Virus record (IMG/VR): IMGVR_UViG_3300037484_000374
Coordinates: 64,001 to 128,000 of that record
Reading direction: 5' to 3' (one strand)
Length of the DNA: 64,000 bases
DNA from: a virus
The position numbers and the translations under genes were made by a program. Of the stretch, positions 61,197 through 64,000 are shown one piece after another (positions within the stretch are counted from its first letter, which is position 1; each line of letters begins with the position of its first letter). A model generated the notes under the pieces. It was given only the letters and a program-made list of their open reading frames with translations, was not told the DNA's origin and made no database searches.

Positions 61197-61706
61197 ATGT
61201 TTGAGTATAATGAAGTATCAGATGCTATAGACAATTTAATTAAGTTGAATATGAAGATCAGGAAAAATTTAGACCCTGATATACGTATGAATATATCAGC
61301 TGGTTCTTTTGCCGTTGACTTCTGTACAGTAAGATTTAACATAGGCAGAAGGGTAGGGAAGACCAGATACATAGAAGAACATGCCGATGATCATTCATTA
61401 ACGATTGTTGCTAATCATCATATTAGAAGAAACCTGAGAAACACAAAAGGTATGATCTTCACAGCACATGAAATTGATAGCGGTGGTTTGCATATACAGA
61501 ACCAAACTCGATATCTTGATGGTGATTCAAAATTCTCGGGAGTGGATCATTATAAATCAGATGGTAAAATATTTGAGTTTACCAGAGTATATGTTGATGA
61601 ACCATCTTTCGTGTTTAAAGACAAAAATCACATGTTGGATATCTATCATATAATTTGTAGACTCAATAGAAACACAACACCAACTTTTATTTTATTGGGG
61701 TCGTGA
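61197..61706 (+). CDS. Small P-loop-like hypothetical protein
   Basis: GRRVGKT and VYVDEP. Confidence 0.5.
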   Translation: MFEYNEVSDAIDNLIKLNMKIRKNLDPDIRMNISAGSFAVDFCTVRFNIGRRVGKTRYIEEHADDHSLTIVANHHIRRNLRNTKGMIFTAHEIDSGGLHIQNQTRYLDGDSKFSGVDHYKSDGKIFEFTRVYVDEPSFVFKDKNHMLDIYHIICRLNRNTTPTFILLGS

Positions 61707-62407
61707 TGATATGAAGCTGAACTTGTGTTCACCAAAAAGCCCGTGCTGTAAAGCTGATTGGGTAAATATAGAATGTCCTGAGTGTAGTGGATCAGGTGAG
61801 GTAGATGAGTTGTTTGATGGTAACTATACACTATGTACATATTGTGATGGCATGGGGTATTATGATCATCTTGTCGAGTGTGAAAAATGTGGCCAAGAAT
61901 TTTCATTTGATAACTGAGGAATAAGAAATGCTGAAACCAAACGAATTAGTAGAATGCCCAACATGTAGAAATAAGATTGAATATGGCTCTTTTGTATATA
62001 GCCAATATATTAACAAAGAGATTTGTTGTATGTGCCAAGACAACATGAGCAATTATCTTAACGATGGTGGCAATCAACAGAGTTATGTGAGTAGGGACAT
62101 GGCAATGGATGCCGGTGATCTAAGTTTAGAAGGATGGGAGATTTAGTGTTTATACCAAAACACTTTAAAGAATGGTTTAATAAGTGGGGTGTAAAAGATG
62201 GTATTGGTGAACCTTATGATGCCACTTTCTTATAGAGCATATCAGAAAGGTAAAAAGGATGCTGTAAAAAATGTAATACCAATCAGTGACACTGGTGGAG
62301 AGTATAATATTTGGCATCGAAACGCCGTTAGGAAAAAATAACTATTGACTTTTATTTTAAATGTGGTATTGTGTTTTTAAGATAAAAATTCAATTGAGGT
62401 ACACAAC

Positions 62408-62692
62408 ATGAGAAACAAACCGATGACATGCTCAGAGATCGCAAGGGGTACGGGTACAACAAGGCAGAACGTTTCCCAAACTCTGAAAAAGGCAATGGGG
62501 AAAATTTATAACTCAGTTCTCGAAGAGTATAAGTCACCGTGGAAAACTGTAAATGCTATGATGCATATCTTGGGGGTAAACAACCAAACACCTCATGATA
62601 TTGAGGAGTTTTTTCAAATGCTCCCGTCAAAAATTCGTGAGGAAGCTAAAGAAGATGCCAAGAAAATATGGAAATTACACCCCGACATGTAG
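62408..62692 (+). CDS. HTH (sigma region-4-like) DNA-binding protein
   Basis: MTCSEIARGTGTTRQNVSQTLKKAMGKI. Confidence 0.7.
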   Translation: MRNKPMTCSEIARGTGTTRQNVSQTLKKAMGKIYNSVLEEYKSPWKTVNAMMHILGVNNQTPHDIEEFFQMLPSKIREEAKEDAKKIWKLHPDM

Positions 62693-63516
62693 CACCTGTA
62701 TATATTGTGTAGATGACAGAGGGTGGTTCTCATGTGAAAACGATATGTTTTCCGGTAAGACAATAAACCAACTCGTTTTCCTTACACCAATTATTCTTGA
62801 ATGTATTGAGTATGAGAGAAGACCAGAGTAAATTAATTTTTTAAAGTGATGGGGCTATGAGAAATGATACACCAGAACCACCACCAATAGATCAAGGTGG
62901 GTATTATGCATGAAATAATATTACAGGAAAGGCGATCATGGATATAGCATATATTGAATCATATCATGGAGATTGGGTTTCTTATACAATTTTAAAACCT
63001 ACTGGTAGATGGAGAATGGAAAGTGGGTCATATGGTAAAGATGACATCTTTGTCGAGCACCAAACATTTATATGGTTTATAAAATGGTGGATACATGAAG
63101 ATGATATTCATTTTCTTCCAGAGCCAGAGGTCATTCAATTTAATTGTAAGAAAAGATAGGGGGGGTAATAGATGAAAATTAAAAAGATGTGTAAGATATG
63201 TGGTCTGAGGCCAGCCACCAGACTGGTAGAAATTGAACGCCGCTTATTCTATACTTAGCAGACCAGTTAAAAGCTATCCTGTCTTTGAATTATACACTCA
63301 TAATCCAAGAAACGGAACACGACACCATTTAGAAAGTAAACATGAAATAGATAATGGTAATGATAGATATAATGTTTATCTTAATGGGAACAAATGGCGT
63401 AATCAATGGAGTAGATATAGATTTACAAAATGGTTGTTTGACAGAATTGATTCTGTTTTTGTAGGGTAATATAATATGTTTACAATAAATAAAATATATA
63501 TTATAATTAATACATA

Positions 63517-64000
63517 ATGATAGACCAAAGTAAAGTACATGAAATATGTTACCAGCACCTTGTCAATGTTTCTATAAACGCCAATGGTGGTGTATGGGCA
63601 AGGTGTCCTTTCTGTGGTGACTCTAAAAAATCCAAAAAAATCAAAAGGTTCCATCTCGATTATTATGGAAAATATGACGAGTGGGTATTCAAATGCTACA
63701 ATGGTGGGTGTAATCCCGGCACTGGAAACATTTTTACGCTATATGCTTTTGTAAAGGGTATATCCCAAAAAGAAGCGTACCGTGAATTGGTTGATCCAGT
63801 ATATAATGAAGACACCATTCGGAAACGTCTGAGCACAGTCACAGCCTCACCAATTATTGAAGAGGATGTTAAAAATAATTTTCTTGATATTGATCTTAAA
63901 AATGATTGTATATCTCTCTCAAGTGAGACAACAACAAAAATAGATGAACGGTATCAGGAAGTTCTTAGAAGGTTTGTTACAAGAAGAAAGGTTCCCATTG
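63517..64000 (+). CDS. gp61: DNA primase gp61, 3'-partial
   Basis: RCPFCGDSKKSKKIKRF...FKCYNGGC zinc-binding domain; open to the window end. Confidence 0.88.
   Translation, partial: MIDQSKVHEICYQHLVNVSINANGGVWARCPFCGDSKKSKKIKRFHLDYYGKYDEWVFKCYNGGCNPGTGNIFTLYAFVKGISQKEAYRELVDPVYNEDTIRKRLSTVTASPIIEEDVKNNFLDIDLKNDCISLSSETTTKIDERYQEVLRRFVTRRKVPI

Noticed and set aside
1-64000. Genome-wide stop-codon reassignment
   Set aside because: Core genes are full length in code 11 and end in TAA, TAG or TGA; only one suspicious in-frame TGA was found.

Overview
A 64-kb, AT-rich segment of a large T4-like (Tevenvirinae-style core genes) myophage, almost entirely coded on the + strand. It runs from a baseplate module (gp27-like, gp5, gp25, gp6, gp7-like) through gp55 late sigma, gp47/gp46, UvsX, Rnl2-type RNA ligase, ThyX, a split NAD-dependent DNA ligase and gp32. 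Two tRNA clusters follow (about 43.0-45.0 kb and 47.0-50.6 kb), then Hjc-like resolvase, Prs, RNase H, dUTPase, intein-containing NrdD, NrdG and the start of the gp61 primase. Freestanding homing endonucleases, T4-type late promoters (TATAAATA) and sigma70-type promoters are common. Most striking observation: each tRNA cluster is preceded by a late promoter, a 25-27 aa leader ORF and mutually exclusive antiterminator/terminator hairpins, with the antiterminator strand overlapping the leader stop codon. The leader codons match the tRNAs of the adjacent cluster: K/N/T/S/P/W for cluster 1 and L/Q/Y/E/I/V/G for cluster 2. This looks like ribosome-mediated attenuation that senses tRNA shortage and switches on the matching phage tRNA genes. 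A second candidate novelty is a late gene with a single in-frame UGA followed by a SECIS-like hairpin (possible phage selenoprotein). A small membrane gene suggests a Desulfobacterota host; this comes from recall and was not searched. All protein calls rest on motif recognition and gene order; no database search was run.
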